A stretch of DNA of 64,000 bases, from contig CM059432.1 of assembly GCA_030390025.1 (NCBI GenBank), positions 46,316,001 to 46,380,000 on the forward strand. The letters are read 5' to 3'. The DNA is from Squalus acanthias. Taxonomy: Eukaryota. How positions within the stretch are numbered: the first letter of the stretch is position 1; every line of letters starts with the position of its first letter. The position numbers were made by a program, and so were the translations under genes. The notes under the pieces were generated by a model. That model made no database searches and was not told the DNA's origin. It saw nothing but the letters and a program-made list of their open reading frames with translations. This document shows, in pieces, positions 1 to 12,300 of this stretch.

Positions 1-148
1 CTCATATTTACATAGCATATTTACAATATAAAGTTATTTAATTTCTGTCACAAGTACACTAATGGTGAGTATTGCTGCTTCATATATTTTCCTGTGGCCT
101 GCAAAATTGGGTATGTCACATGCACATTGCATTAGGTAAGACTTTAGG

Positions 149-1072
149 ATGAAAATGTCACCCCAGAAATCAGGAAGAAATGATGGACATTTTCAGTGTT
201 CAGGTAAGAAATATTTCTCTTTTTTTTTATTCGTTTATGGGATGTGGGCGTCGCTGGCAAGGCCAGCATTTATTGCCCATCCCTAATTGCCCTCGAGAAG
301 GTGGTGGTGAGCCACCTTCTTGAACCGCTGCAGTCCGTGTGATGAAGGTACTCCCACAATGCTGTTAGGTAGGGAGTTCCAGGATTTTGACCCAGCGATG
401 ATGAAGGATCGGTGAGATATTTCCAAGTCAGGATGGTGTGTGACTTGGAGGGGAATTTGGAGGTGATGGTGTTCCCATGCGCCTGCTGCCCTTGGCCTTC
501 TAGGTGGAAGAAGTCGCAGGTTTTGGAGGTGCTGCTGAAGAAGCCTTGGCGAGCTGCTGCATTTAGATCAACTTGAATATGGGTTTTCAATATGATTTCA
601 GCCATAAACCATTGTCAGCCCATTCAGTAATCCAACTGAGGACCATTTGCAGAAGTATGAACCCCCTCTGTGTCTTCATATTCATGCTGCGGTATTCTGC
701 ACAGAATGAAATGGTGCACTTACCACTGGTTTTCTAAATCTGAAAAAGCAAAATTTACAAGGGCAAGTTTTTACACTGGTGCAGAACATTGCACGGCACA
801 CAAAGGAATACCAGTCATGTCACTACTGAGATCACAAACAAGTATTAACTGCAATTATATCAAGATGTTAAATCTGGTCTATTGCTTTATATCAATTTAC
901 AGGGCTGACGTATGAACAAACATTCGCTGCTGACCCCGAAGTCCGCTTCACACAAGGACCTCACGATCCCTGTGTCGAGAACTTCAGGCTGTCCAACCTT
1001 CAATTCAAATCAATGAAGTATAGTGAGGATATCCCCTTGTGCGAACTGTTATGCCATCATCAAGCTCTCTAA
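149..1072 (+). CDS. Tentative two-exon ORF (149-203 + 903-1072), ~74 aa, unknown product
   Basis: ATG149...TCAG|gtaaga donor (phase 1) joins in frame to tttacag|GG at 903, giving MKMSPQKSGRNDGHFQCS-G-LTYEQTFAADPEVRFTQGPHDPCVENFRLSNLQFKSMKYSEDIPLCELLCHHQAL*. Exon 2 retains several CpGs in CpG-poor surroundings. No homolog recognised. Confidence 0.2.
221..562 (-). mobile_element. 3' fragment of CR1-group LINE 'family B' with poly-A tail
   Basis: Near-identical to 3' ends at 8030-8352(+), 44597-44940(-) and 52263-52580(-); T-run at 221-228 is the tail. Confidence 0.85.
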
Positions 1073-1320
1073 GCAGCTAATCAAAAGGCAGAATTCTCAC
1101 AGGCAGCAAACAAGGAAGTGAGTAAGCTCTTAAAATTCTCACTTTTTAAAATAGTTACAGAGAGCAAAACAAAGATTGGGACTCTCACATTGGGGAAAAG
1201 GCAAATTTGAAATAAAGATGAACAAACTTTAAAAAAAAATTAAAACTTTTTTTTGAAAAGTTTCTTAAAATTTGAATTTTTATTAAAATGGACAAATTTC
1301 ACACTGCACACTACTTTTAA

Positions 1321-1434
1321 GAAAAGCAAGCAAGTTCTCCATGGTGTCCTGGAAAATATTTACCCTTCAATCAACATCACTAAAACAGATTATCTGGTCA
1401 TTATCGCATTGCTGTTTATGGGACCTTGCTGTGC
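1321..1434 (+). mobile_element. Internal fragment of Deu-domain SINE (SacSINE1-like)
   Basis: ggtgtcctgg...tcaatcaacatcactaaaacagattatctggtcattatc...ttgctgtgca matches the copy at 51001-51423. Confidence 0.75.
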
Positions 1435-2299
1435 AGGGTAGAGCTTAGCTATATTGTCCTTTGCAGTTAAATAGTCTGGCAACACTAAATGTAGGAAAAA
1501 TGGACACTTGGGTGAGGTGCTAGAGGGCAATCGCTGCCTGTAGAACTGTACCTCTGCAGAACTGTACTCCTGCAAGAAGTCAAAGACTTCAGGGGAGTAG
1601 GAGGGGAGAAAATTGGCAGTAAAAGGTAAGGGAAGAAAGAAATGTTACAATAACTGTGGTAGAATGTGACAATTATCACTCTTCGACAATGTATTGTAAG
1701 AATATTGGTGGGGGGGAGGGGGGACAGTAGCAGAAGAGTATCTTGAAAGCGAAAGTTGGATTTCTGTTAATTTCGGCCCTAAATATTTTGAAAATCTGGT
1801 TGTATGTCATTGATTTGCCTACTGTGTTTGTCTATGGGATACAGTTGCACATACTAACAATCTTTCAATTTCTCACGCAAGTATCAGCCCAGGTTAATCA
1901 ACCATGGGAGCCATTAGAGTTGTGGCCGGGCCTGTCCTTAGGCAGCATCTACACATGTATACTTTCCAGCGACAATAACTAGATCAGGAGTGGAATGTTT
2001 GAGTGATCTTTTGCCCTCCCTAGCTTAAGGGGCCTGAGGCTAATTATAGCATCCTTACTACTGTCCCAGCTGAAGTCAGCTAACAGGAATTTAATATTTG
2101 TTCTTTTGAATATTATTCCACTGAAGTCAATGGAAGAGAAAATCATGTGGGGTGTAAAATGGCTGTCGATTCGTTATTGCTCGCTTTGCGTTACTGTCAA
2201 ATACCAATGTCACTCCCTGCCAGTTGAATTTAGCTACTGATATAAAGGAACTTTAGCAAGAACAATAATTACATGGATAGTTAAGGTGGGCAGGAAACC

Positions 2300-2867
2300 T
2301 CTGTAAGGGTGACCCCGAGCTTCCGGTCGCTTGTCATTTTAATTCACCTCTCCACGCCCACTCAGACCTCACCGTCCTCGGCCTCGTGCATTGTTCCACG
2401 GAAGCTCAGCGTAAGCTCGAGGAACAGCACCTCATCTTTCGTTTAGGCACTTTACAGCCTTCCGGACTCAATATCGAGTTCAACAATTTTAGATCATAAC
2501 CTCGGCCCCTACCACCATATACATTTTATCCACCCTTTTGGTTCGTGCCTTTTTCCTTTTTTTCTCTCTCCCCCCACGGCAACTGTCTCTCATTCTGCCG
2601 GCATTTCACACTTCACACTTCTAGCCACCTTTTGTTTCTTAACCTGTCCCATTACCATCTCGTCTTGCCTTGAGCATCTCTTAATGTCTCTACTTACAAT
2701 AGTTATTCCTTCCCCCAGCCTCCCCCTTGCTTTTTTATCCGTTTCATTTCCCACTTTTTCTCAGTTCTGACGAAGGGTTTCGACCTGAAACGTTAACTCT
2801 GTTTTTCTCTCCACGGATGTTGCCTGGCCTGCTGAGTTTTTCCAGCGTTTTCTGTTGTTGTTTCTGT
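2300..2867 (+). mobile_element. Penelope-like element (PLE) 3' fragment
   Basis: Encodes the ORF C-terminus (...LGTLQPSGLNIEFNNFRS*), as in the 36305-37669 ORF, followed by the same 3' terminal repeat. Confidence 0.9.
2763..2798 (+). ncRNA. Minimal type-I hammerhead ribozyme motif in PLE terminus
   Basis: agtt-CTGACGA-a-gggt[ttcg]acct-GAAA-CGTT-aact: conserved core, stem II, palindromic ACGT stem III, stem I agtt/aact. Confidence 0.7.
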
Positions 2868-4672
2868 ATTAGCTTACTTTTACTAATGCAGGATAATGCC
2901 CAAATATTAGACCTAATATAGGACTTAAGAAGTATTACACTGGCAGATAACTAACTGACTAGGTGCTAAAAGCTTTGAGAAAAATCCTGCAATCAAAATC
3001 ACTTTATTTTCCTGCATGCATTATTAATGTTATTATTGTAATGTTAGTGTAGCAAGGTAAGTATTACTATGGTATTTATATAAAATCAGAAAGGTTATTC
3101 TTCTGTTCTAAGTAAGTATATAGTTTTGGAGTTTTTCTTGTGTACAGTCTTTTTGGATGTTTATTTTTTCTGGGTGTTTTTATTCATTATCTTGAATATT
3201 CAACATGTGCAGCAATATTCAAATAGACTAAGCATGGATAAGAGAGAAAGATAAAATAGCTGTTGTTAGGAATTGTGGGAGTTATTGAAGAGTATAACTA
3301 GCACAGAAAACTTAACCAAAGTCAAGAGAATGTTGTAAATTCTAATAAGAAAAGCAAGAAAAGTTAGGAGGAATGTTAATGCAAGCCCATCCAAGACAGC
3401 TCAATTGTAAGCAGTGTCTGAAGAAATAAGGAAGAGAGTGACAGTGTAGTTGTCACATGCTAAAACTACAACGAGTGTTGTTGAAACAGAAGGAACTCAA
3501 GAAAGTGAATAAAATCCATGGCCAAATAACCCTAATGATGATAGTGGCTCAATGTATCAGAGTGTGATGTTGGTAGGTGTGCTGTAGAGCTTCAAGAAGT
3601 GAGGATGGTTCCTAATTTTTAAAGCTGGACAATGTTCACAAGTTGCAATCAGAGTTCTCTTCTATCCTATGTTGGAAGATGGAAATTTCTGAACTTAAAC
3701 AGTTTTTAAGAATATGATGGCTAACAATTTCAGAAAAATTCAAAGAGGCATCTGACATCAAGCTACAAAGGATTAATTGGTACTCATCTAAAATATGTTT
3801 TACTGTGCACTCATGCGTCATCAGTGAACTCAGAGCAAGACGCTATTGCATTTGTTGTGGGTTTGGAGGACCCATTCATACTGGCACCTCCAAACCTTAC
3901 CTGAGTTTCTTGGGATTCATTTAGTGGTGAAGTCACGAGGAACAATTTCAGGTAATAGTAAAAATAATCTTCCCCCACCCCCACCCCCACCCCCAATCAG
4001 GCCAGCTGAACTTTTCCCTTTAGGACCCAAACTGTAGAAGACTGCATTTACACAGCGATCTACGATCTGCAGTTTAACTGTGAACCAACTGTGTGCTGGG
4101 GGTTCCACACTTGATCAGCCATTGACACTATTCTTTAGTAGTGATGCTAAAGATGGTGTGTGAATGAATAACGTGAAGAATAATTTGTAAAGGGTAGGTC
4201 ATGCCTGATGAACCTGATTGAATTTTTTGAAGAGGTGATAAATAACTGGACAGGGGAACGTCTATGGATTAAAAACAGAAAATGCTGGAGATACTCAGCA
4301 AGTCAGGCAGCATTTGAGGAGAGAGAAACAGAGTTAACGGCTGTGAATTTGCCGGCGCTTAGAGGGGGGGTTTGGAGGCGGGTCCGCTGTCAAAATAACA
4401 AAGATTGACAGCAGGTAGGAAACCCGCTGTCAACCCGCCTCCACGCGAGTCTCCCAGGTGTCAGGTCTATCAGCGGAGAACTGACCCCACACCAAGCACT
4501 GGGGGAGACAATTGAGATCATTAAATGGCTTGTTAAGAGCCAATTTAATGATATTTTGAGGCTTCCTTCCCATTTTACGTTCTCCACCACGGGTTACCCG
4601 CTGCTCGGGGAACACGCCAGCTCACCCTGGCGTGATTTGAGTCTGCTCTGATGTTTCTGATAAGCTGACAGC

Positions 4673-5144
4673 TGTAAGAATTTGGATCAAAGGTCACACA
4701 CAGATTACCCAAAGGGTCTTAGGAGTTGTAAGGCATTTTATTAAAGAGCGGCAGTTTAAGTTAAGTACAACACGCAATCAGGATAGACATAGTAGACATA
4801 CGACCGTGACAAGCAGCTAGTATCGGTCCCGATCGGACATACGGCTGGCGTGCGTGAACAGCTCATCACCGTCTGTGCTAAAAGCTCTTTTGATATCTCT
4901 TTTACTCTCTTTTTAGGAGTGGGCCTAGGGTAGATTATCAAAGATACAGTCAACAACCTTTCTAGCACACAAACAGCAGACAGCTAGTCTGGAAACAAGG
5001 TCACCACCACGGTGCAGAATGTTATAACATCCGCAGGGAACCAAGAACATCAGCAAATTCTAAGCGTCTATCCAGTTATTCTAACACCAGTCCGAAGAGA
5101 CCTTTTTGTCTCAAGTTATTTCTTCCAATTCATGATTTCTTACA
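4673..5144 (-). mobile_element. Solo LTR (472 bp)
   Basis: Termini TGTAAGAA...TTCTTACA (8-bp inverted repeat), 4-bp TSD CAGC (4669-4672, 5145-5148), AATAAA on the minus strand near 4737-4742. Confidence 0.8.
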
Positions 5145-5235
5145 CAGCTGCAGAAGTGGTTTAAAGGATGCCATGTTGCCGATGGTCAGTTTCAGAGCAC
5201 AGAAACTGTTGGTTACTGCATTTGTAAGACATATA

Positions 5236-5496
5236 GGGCTGGATTTTGATACTGGGGTGGGTTGGGGTCGTGTCATCCGCATTTCGTGTTATCCACCCGC
5301 CTGCAATTGGATGTGGGAGATTGATGCAATTTTCACTTAACTGGGCAATTGATTTCCAGCATGTGGGAACCCATGAACCAATTAGTGGTTTCAGTCTGAA
5401 AGTCGCCTCTGATGATGTCATCATTGCAGGTCAGAGACTGCCTGGTCTCAGAGATTGCCTGGCCTTTGCTGTGAGAGACCTGGATGCAAAATGAGC

Positions 5497-5531
<35 letters not shown>

Positions 5532-5869
5532 ACCAAGTCCTCCCAGGCAGTCTCTGAAGACATTCACTTGCGCTCCCGCCAGGTTTCACTGGCGTGTTTC
5601 ACATCAGGCGTACTTCACGTCAGAAAAGGGTTAAACTAGCTAAAACGTTTCAAAATGGCATTACAGAGCCAATTTAGGGCTTGTTAAGGGCTTTAATGGC
5701 CTCTCCCACCTCTTGGAGGCGGGACAGAGTCAGGAACCCCGCGACCGATTTTGTCAAAATTGCGTGGAGGCGGAATGGAGTCAGGATGGGGTCGGGACCC
5801 CCGAATCTGCAACTTTAACCCCCCACACGCCTCCAAACCTGACTCCACGGGTCATTGAAAATCCAGCCC
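5236..5869. mobile_element. MITE (Harbinger-like termini) nested in the Harbinger; contains (GA)n at ~5498-5527
   Basis: Perfect 12-bp TIR gggctggatttt / aaaatccagccc, flanked by TA on both sides. Confidence 0.8.
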
Positions 5870-6689
5870 TAGAGATTCCTTTAGCTTGCAAGTGTTTAGA
5901 GCCAACGTATGTCCAGTGGCACCTCATTGGGAGAACCTCTCTCACCTTTGACAGATCGCTTCTGTCATCTCACCTGCAGCTGTCATCTAGTGCAGCAACA
6001 TCGGTGCCCTTGAAAAAATCTCACCTTGGTCCTCTGAATCGTTCCACGATCAGCCCCAACACCAACATCACCAGGCACACCAACATCACCAACAACAACA
6101 CCAACCTTCTCCGCCATCACCTGATGCTGCACTGGACACAGGGCATCAGCCCCTGACAGCATTGCTGGCTGGGAGGCCAGCGAAAGCATCACCATGGCCA
6201 GATTTACTTCACTTGATGCTGTTCACCCTGGCTGCCACATGATGCGCCAGGTAGACACCATCCCACACCAGCAGCGTGAAGCAGCCCTTTAATGTCCAAG
6301 CCATTCCATGCACACTCATCACTATAGCGGGGGGCGGTGGGGGGAAGTTATGTCTGAACATTCACTGGAACTCAGTAAGACACTTCTCAAGGTGCGTTCA
6401 GATCTGTCCAATATGGGGCAGTGTTGGAAAAATAGATTTCACTGTATGACAACACATTACCAGAAACTTCACATGGACATTGGCTAAACCTCTCAAGTGC
6501 CTACCCTTGTGTGTTGTTAGTTGGTATGCTTGCAGTAGGATGAGGGTGAGTGTGAGGGGTGGCTAGTGAGATGGGGAAGTGATAAAGTAGATAGAGAGGG
6601 TTGGGTGGAGGTGCAAGGTAAGTTGGTGTGAGTAAGGATGTGCAGGAGAAGGGTATGGAAGGCAGAGTGATGGGGATGTGTTGAGTGGC

Positions 6690-6935
6690 ACAGCAAGGTG
6701 AGTTTGAGTGTGGCTTTGCAGTAACGTTTTGTGATCCACTGAGATCATTGAAAGGTTGGCGCCACTGCAGCCTGACTGCTTTTGCCCTCCTGTGCAATGT
6801 GCAACCAGGCTGGGTTGGTGTCCTGGGGAGGTTCCTTCCACCATTGGAAGGGAAGAGAACCTCCCTGCACATTGTGACTCTCTCCATAAGCATATGGAGG
6901 GAGTCATTTGAGAACCTGGGTGCAACCGTCCACCT
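6690..6935 (-). pseudogene. Harbinger Myb/SANT-like DNA-binding ORF remnant
   Basis: VAPRFSNDSLHMLMERVTMCREVLFPSNG...RQPFNDL resembles the APRFS..L..L...V..R..VLF...CRKRFNDL pattern of Harbinger Myb-like proteins; degenerate. Confidence 0.65.
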
Positions 6936-7809
6936 TTGTACAGTGCTTGTCAGTGTTTGCAGCACCTCAGTGCTGTGAAACACTGACAGAACAACTGTCA
7001 AACTCCATGTGGTCGTGGTCCCTTTAAGGAAACCAGCTGATGACACGTCATCAAATGACGTCATCAGACCCGCTTCCTGTTAATTGGCTGGGAAGCCCGC
7101 AGGTCGGGCTTAACAAGGCCAATCAAGGGAAAATCCCTTTGACAGTGCGGCTGCAGCCAGGATCGTGACTGGAACCCAGAAACCAGCTCTCCCGCCGCCA
7201 ACCCGACACCTATAATAAAATCACGGCCAACGTTTCAGGTTGATGACCTTTCATCAGAACTCCATAGAATGTCTATGGATGTTATTTATATAGACTTCCA
7301 GAAGGCATTCGATAAAATCCCTCATAAGAGACTGTTAACTAAAGTTGAAGCTCATGAAATTGAAGGCAAATTATTGACCTGGTTAGGAGAATGGCTGTGT
7401 GGCAGGAGACAGAGAGTAGGCATAATGGCCAGGTACTTTAATTGGCAGGATGTGACTAGTGGTGTCCCACTTGGATTTGTGTTGGGGCCCCAACTATTCA
7501 CAATATTTACTAACGACTTAGATGACAGGATAGAGAGCCTCATATCCAAGTTTGCCGATGACACAAAGTTAGACGGCATTGTAAGCAGTGTAGATGGAAG
7601 CAAAAATTACAAAGAGATATTAATAGATTAAGTGAATGGGCAAAACTGTGGGAAATGGATTTCAATATAGGCAAGTGTGAATCATCCATTTTTGACCTGA
7701 AAAGAGCAATTTCTAAATGCTGAAAAGCTAGAAGCAGAGGAGGTTCAAAGAGACTTAGGGGTCCATGTACATAAATCATTAAAATGTCATGGACAGGTAC
7801 AGAAAATAG

Positions 7810-8352
7810 TCCATCATCTACAAGGCACAAGTCAGGACTGTGATGAAATACTCTGCACTTGCCTTGATGAGTGCATCTCCCACATCACTCAAGAAGCTCG
7901 ACACCATCGAGGGCAAAGCAACCCGCTTGATTTGCACTTCATCCACTACCTTAAACATTCACTTCCTCCACCACCGGTGCACCATGGCTGCAGTGTGTAC
8001 CATCTACAAGATGCACTGCAGCAACTCACCAAGGCTTCTTTGGCAGCACCTCCCAAACCCGCGACCTCTTCCACCTAGAAGGACAAAGGGCAGCAGGTGC
8101 ATGGGAACACCACCACCTCCAAGTTTCCCTCCAAGTCACACACCATCCGGACTTGGAAATATATCGCCGTTCCTTCATCGTCGCTGGGTCAAAATCCTGG
8201 AACTCCCTCAGCACTGTGGGAATACCTTCACCACACGGATTGCAGTGGTTCAAGAAGGCGGCTCACCACCACCTTCTCAAGGGTAACTAGGGATGGGCAA
8301 TAAATGCTGGCCTTGCCAGCGATGCTCACATCCCATGAACAAATAAAAAAAA
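7810..8352 (+). mobile_element. 3' fragment of LINE family B nested in CR1
   Basis: IYKAQVR..MKYS...HRCTMAAVCTIYKMHCSNSPRLL; ends in aaataaaaaaaa; CR1 resumes at 8353. Confidence 0.85.
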
Positions 8353-9332
8353 GTAAGGCTAATGTAATGCTGGCCTTTGTATCTATAGGACTAGAATACA
8401 AGGTGTTAGAAGTCATGCTACAGCTAAACAAAGCCCTGATTAGACCACATCTGGAGTACTGTGAGCAGTTCTGGGCACCACACCTTAGGAGGGATATATT
8501 GCCCTTGGAGAGATGGCAACGCTGATTTACTAGAATGATACCTGGACTCCAAGGGTTAAATTATGAGGAGAGACTACACAAAGTAGGGTTGTATTCCCTG
8601 GAATTTAGAAGATTAAAGGGTGATTTGATCGAAGCTTTCAAGATATTAATGGGAACTGATAGAGAGAAACTACTTCCACTGGTTGGGGAATCTAGGACTA
8701 GGGGACATAGCCTAAAAGTTAGAACGAGGAATTTCAGCAGTGAAGTTAGGAAACAGTTCTACATGCAAAGGGTGTTAGAAGTTTGGAACTGTCTCTGCAA
8801 ACAGCTGTTGATGTTGGGTGAATTGTTAATTTCAAATCTGAGTTTAATAGATTTCTGTTAATCAAAGGTATTAAGGGATATGGGGCAAAGGCAGATATAT
8901 GGAGTTAGGTCACAGATCAGCCATGATGTCATTGAATAGCGGAAGAAACTCGAGGGGCTAAATAGCCTACTCCTTTTCCTATGTTCCGATAATGAGATCT
9001 GCACATTCAGTAGATAAAGCAATCATGAACTCTTTAGCTGTCTAGGTTCTGGAATATTAAATGTGCCAGGGGAAACAACAGGAGCCCCAGCTGCCTGTTC
9101 CCAACATAGTTCAAAGGGACATGAAGGCCTTGAATTACAAAAGGAACTCAAGCAGGTGGAGAACACGGAAATACAGCAATTTTGCCAGAACTCTGACTTT
9201 TACACTGATCAAAGTTGATTTGGCTGCACCAGAGTAATAGGAAAGTGAGAAACAAGAATGAAAGAAATCCCTTCAAGAGAGAAACAGACAAAGTTTGAGA
9301 ACAAGCATCTGAACTGTGGTGGTATGGAGTAC

Positions 9333-12300
9333 TGGCCAAGGGAGGAATGTTGGCCATGGGAGGAATTTGGCCAAGGGAGGAATGTTGGCCAAGGGAGGAA
9401 TGTTGGCCAAGAGAGGAATGTTGGCCAAGGGAGCAACGTTGGCCAAGGGAGGAATGTTGGCCATGGGAGGAATGTTGGCCAAGAGAGGAATGTTGGCCAA
9501 GGGAGCAACGTTGGCCAAGGGAGGAATGTTGGCCAAGGGAGGAATGTTGGCCAAGGGAGGAATGTTGGCCAAGGGAGGAATGTTGGCCATGGGAGGAATG
9601 TTTGCCAAGGGAGGAATGTTGGCCAAGGGAGGAATGTTGGCCAATGGAGGAATGTTGGCCATGGGAGGAATGTTGGCCAAGGGAGGAATGTTGGCCAAGG
9701 GAGGAATGTTGGCCATGGGAGGAATGTTAGCCAATGGAGGAATGTTGGCCAAGGGAGCAATGTTGGCCAAGGGAGGAATGTTAGCCAAGGGAGGAATGTT
9801 GGTCATGGGAGGAATGTTGGCCAAGGGAGGAATGTTGGCCAATGGAGGAATGTTGGCCAAGGGAGGAATGTTGGCCAAGGGAGGAATGTTGGCCAAGGGA
9901 GGAATGTTGGCCAAGGGAGGAATGTTGGCCAAGGGAGGAATGTTGGCCAAGGGAGGAATGTTGGCCAAGGGAGGAATGTTGGCCAAGGGAGGAATGTTGG
10001 CCAAGGGAGGAATGTTGGCCAAGGGAGGAATGTTGGCCAAGGGAGGAATGTTGGCCAAGGGAGGAATGTTGGCCAAAGGAGGAATGTTGGCCAAGGGAGG
10101 AATGTTGGCCATGGGAGGAATGTTGGCCAAGGGAAGAATGTTGGCCAAGGGAGGAATGTTGGCCAAGGGAGGAATGTTGGCCAAGGGAAGAATGTTGGCC
10201 AAGGGAGGAATGTTGGCCAAGGGAGGAATATTGGCCAAGGGAGGAATGTTGGCCAAGGGAGGAATGTTGGCCAAGGGAAGAATGTTGGCCAAGGGAGGAA
10301 TGTTGGCCAAGGGAGGAATGTAGGCCAAGGGAGGAATGTTGGCCAAGAGAGGAATGTTGGCCAAGGGAAGAATGTTGGTCATGGGAGGAATGTTGGCCAA
10401 GGGAGGAATGTTGGCCAAGGGAGGAATGTTGGCCAAGGGAAGAATGTTGGTCATGGGAGGAATGTTAGCCAAGGGAGGAATGTTGGCCAAGGGAGGAATG
10501 TTAGCCAAGGGAAGAATGTTGGTCATGGGAGGAATGTTGGCCAAGGGAGGAATGTTGGCCAAGGGAAGAATGTTGGCCAAGGGAGGAATGTTGGCCAAGA
10601 GAGGAATGTTGGCCAAGGGAAGAATGTTGGCCATGGGAGGAATGTTGGCCAAGAGAGGAATGTTAGCCAAGGGAGGAATGTTGGCCAAGGGAGGAATGTT
10701 GGCCAAGGGAGGAATGTTGGCCAAGGGAGGAATGTTAGCCAAGGGAGGAATGTTGGCCAAGGGAGGAATGTTGGCCAAGGGAGGAATGTTGGCCAAGGGA
10801 AGAATGTTGGCCATGGGAGGAATGTTGGCCAAGAGAGGAATGTTAGCCAAGGGAGGAATGTTGGCCAAGGGAAGAATGTTGGCCAAGGGAGGAATGTTGG
10901 CCAAGGGAGGAATGTTGGCCATTGGAGGAATGTTGGCCAAGGGAGGAATGTTAGCCAAGGGAGGAATGTTGGCCAAGGGAAGAATGTTGGCCAAGGGAGG
11001 AATGTTGGCCAAGGGAGGAATGTTGGCCAAGGGAAGAATGTTGGTCATGGGAGGAATGTTGGCCAATGGAGGAATGTTGGCCATGGGAGGAATGTTAGCC
11101 AAGGGAGGAATGTTGGCCAAGGGAGGAATGTTGGCCAAGGGAGGAATGTTGGCCAAGGGAGGAATGTTGGCCAAGGGAAGAATGTTGGCCATGGGAGGAA
11201 TGTTGGCCAAGGGAGGAATGTTGGCCAAGGGAAGAATGTTGGCCATGGGAGGAATGTTGGCCAAGAGAGGAATGTTAGCCAAGGGAGGAATGTTGGCCAA
11301 GGGAAGAATGTTGGCCAAGGGAGGAATGTTGGCCAAGGGAGGAATGTTGGCCATTGGAGGAATGTTGGCCAAGGGAGGAATGTTAGCCAAGGGAGGAATG
11401 TTGGCCAAGGGAAGAATGTTGGCCAAGGGAGGAATGTTGGCCAAGGGAGGAATGTTGGCCAAGGGAGGAATGTTGGCCAAGGGAAGAATGTTGGTCATGG
11501 GAGGTATGTTGGCCAAGGGAGGAATGTTGGACAAGGGAGGAATGTTGGCCAAGGGAGGAATGTTGGCCAAGGGAAGAATGTTGGTCATGGGAGGAATGTT
11601 GGCCAAGGGAAGAATGTTGGCCAAGGGAGGAATGTTGGCCAAGGGAGCAACGTTGGCCAAGGGAGGAATGTTGGCCATGGGAGGAATGTTGGCCAAGGGA
11701 GGAATGTTGGCCAAGGGAAGAATGTTGGTCATGGGAGGAATGTTGGTCAAGGGAGGAATGTTGGCCAAGGGAGGAATGTTGGCCAAGGGAGGAATGTTGG
11801 CCATGGGAGGAATGTTGGCCAAGGGAGGAATGTTGGCCAAGGGAAGAATGTTGGTCATGGGAAGAATGTTGGCCATGGGAGGAATGTTGGCCAAGGGAGG
11901 AATGTTGGCCAAGGGAGGAATGTTGGCCAAGGGAGGAATGTTGGCCATGGGAGGAATGTTGGCCAAGGGAGGAATGTTGGCCAAGGGAGGAATGTTGGCC
12001 ATGGGAGGAATGTTGGCCAAGGGAGGAACGTTGGCCAAGGGAGGAATGTTGGCCAAGGGAGGAATGTTGGCCATGGGAGCAACGTTGGCCAAGGGAGGAA
12101 TGTTGGCCAAGGGAGGAATGTTGGCCAAGGGAGGAATGTTGGCCATGGGAGGAATGTTGGCCAAGGGAGGAATGTTGGCCAAGGGAGGAATGTTGGCCAT
12201 GGGAGCAACGTTGGCCAAGGGAGTAATGTTGGCCATGGGAGCAACGTTGGCCAAGGGAGGAATGTTGGCCAAGGGAGGAATGTTGGCCAAGGGAGCAACG

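Larger units (their letters stand above)
4339..7228 (-). mobile_element. PIF/Harbinger DNA transposon (decayed)
   Basis: TIRs ggctgtgaattt / aaaatcacggcc; exact 3-bp TSD AAC (4336-4338, 7229-7231); Myb/SANT-like remnant inside. Confidence 0.85.
4270..7266 (-). mobile_element. Short PLE terminal fragment (4270-4338 + 7229-7266) inserted in CR1 and split by a Harbinger
   Basis: 14-bp TSD gaacgtctatggat (4256-4269) / gaatgtctatggat (7267-7280); rejoined halves match the PLE terminus at 35935-36028 including the hammerhead core. Confidence 0.85.
4185..8987 (+). mobile_element. 5'-truncated CR1 LINE ('family A') RT region, split into 4185-4269, 7267-7809 and 8353-8987 by nested insertions
   Basis: NLIEFFEEV / YIDFQKAFDK / GVPLGFVLGPQLF / KFADD / RPHLEYCEQFW motifs; CR1 3' UTR gatcagccatgat...cctatgttcc. 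Confidence 0.9.

Noticed and set aside
1985..2085. Ancient SINE-like fragments (also ~43590-43830 and ~55690-55830)
   Set aside because: They share a ctggctgagatcagc-like motif but are too diverged to define or name by eye.
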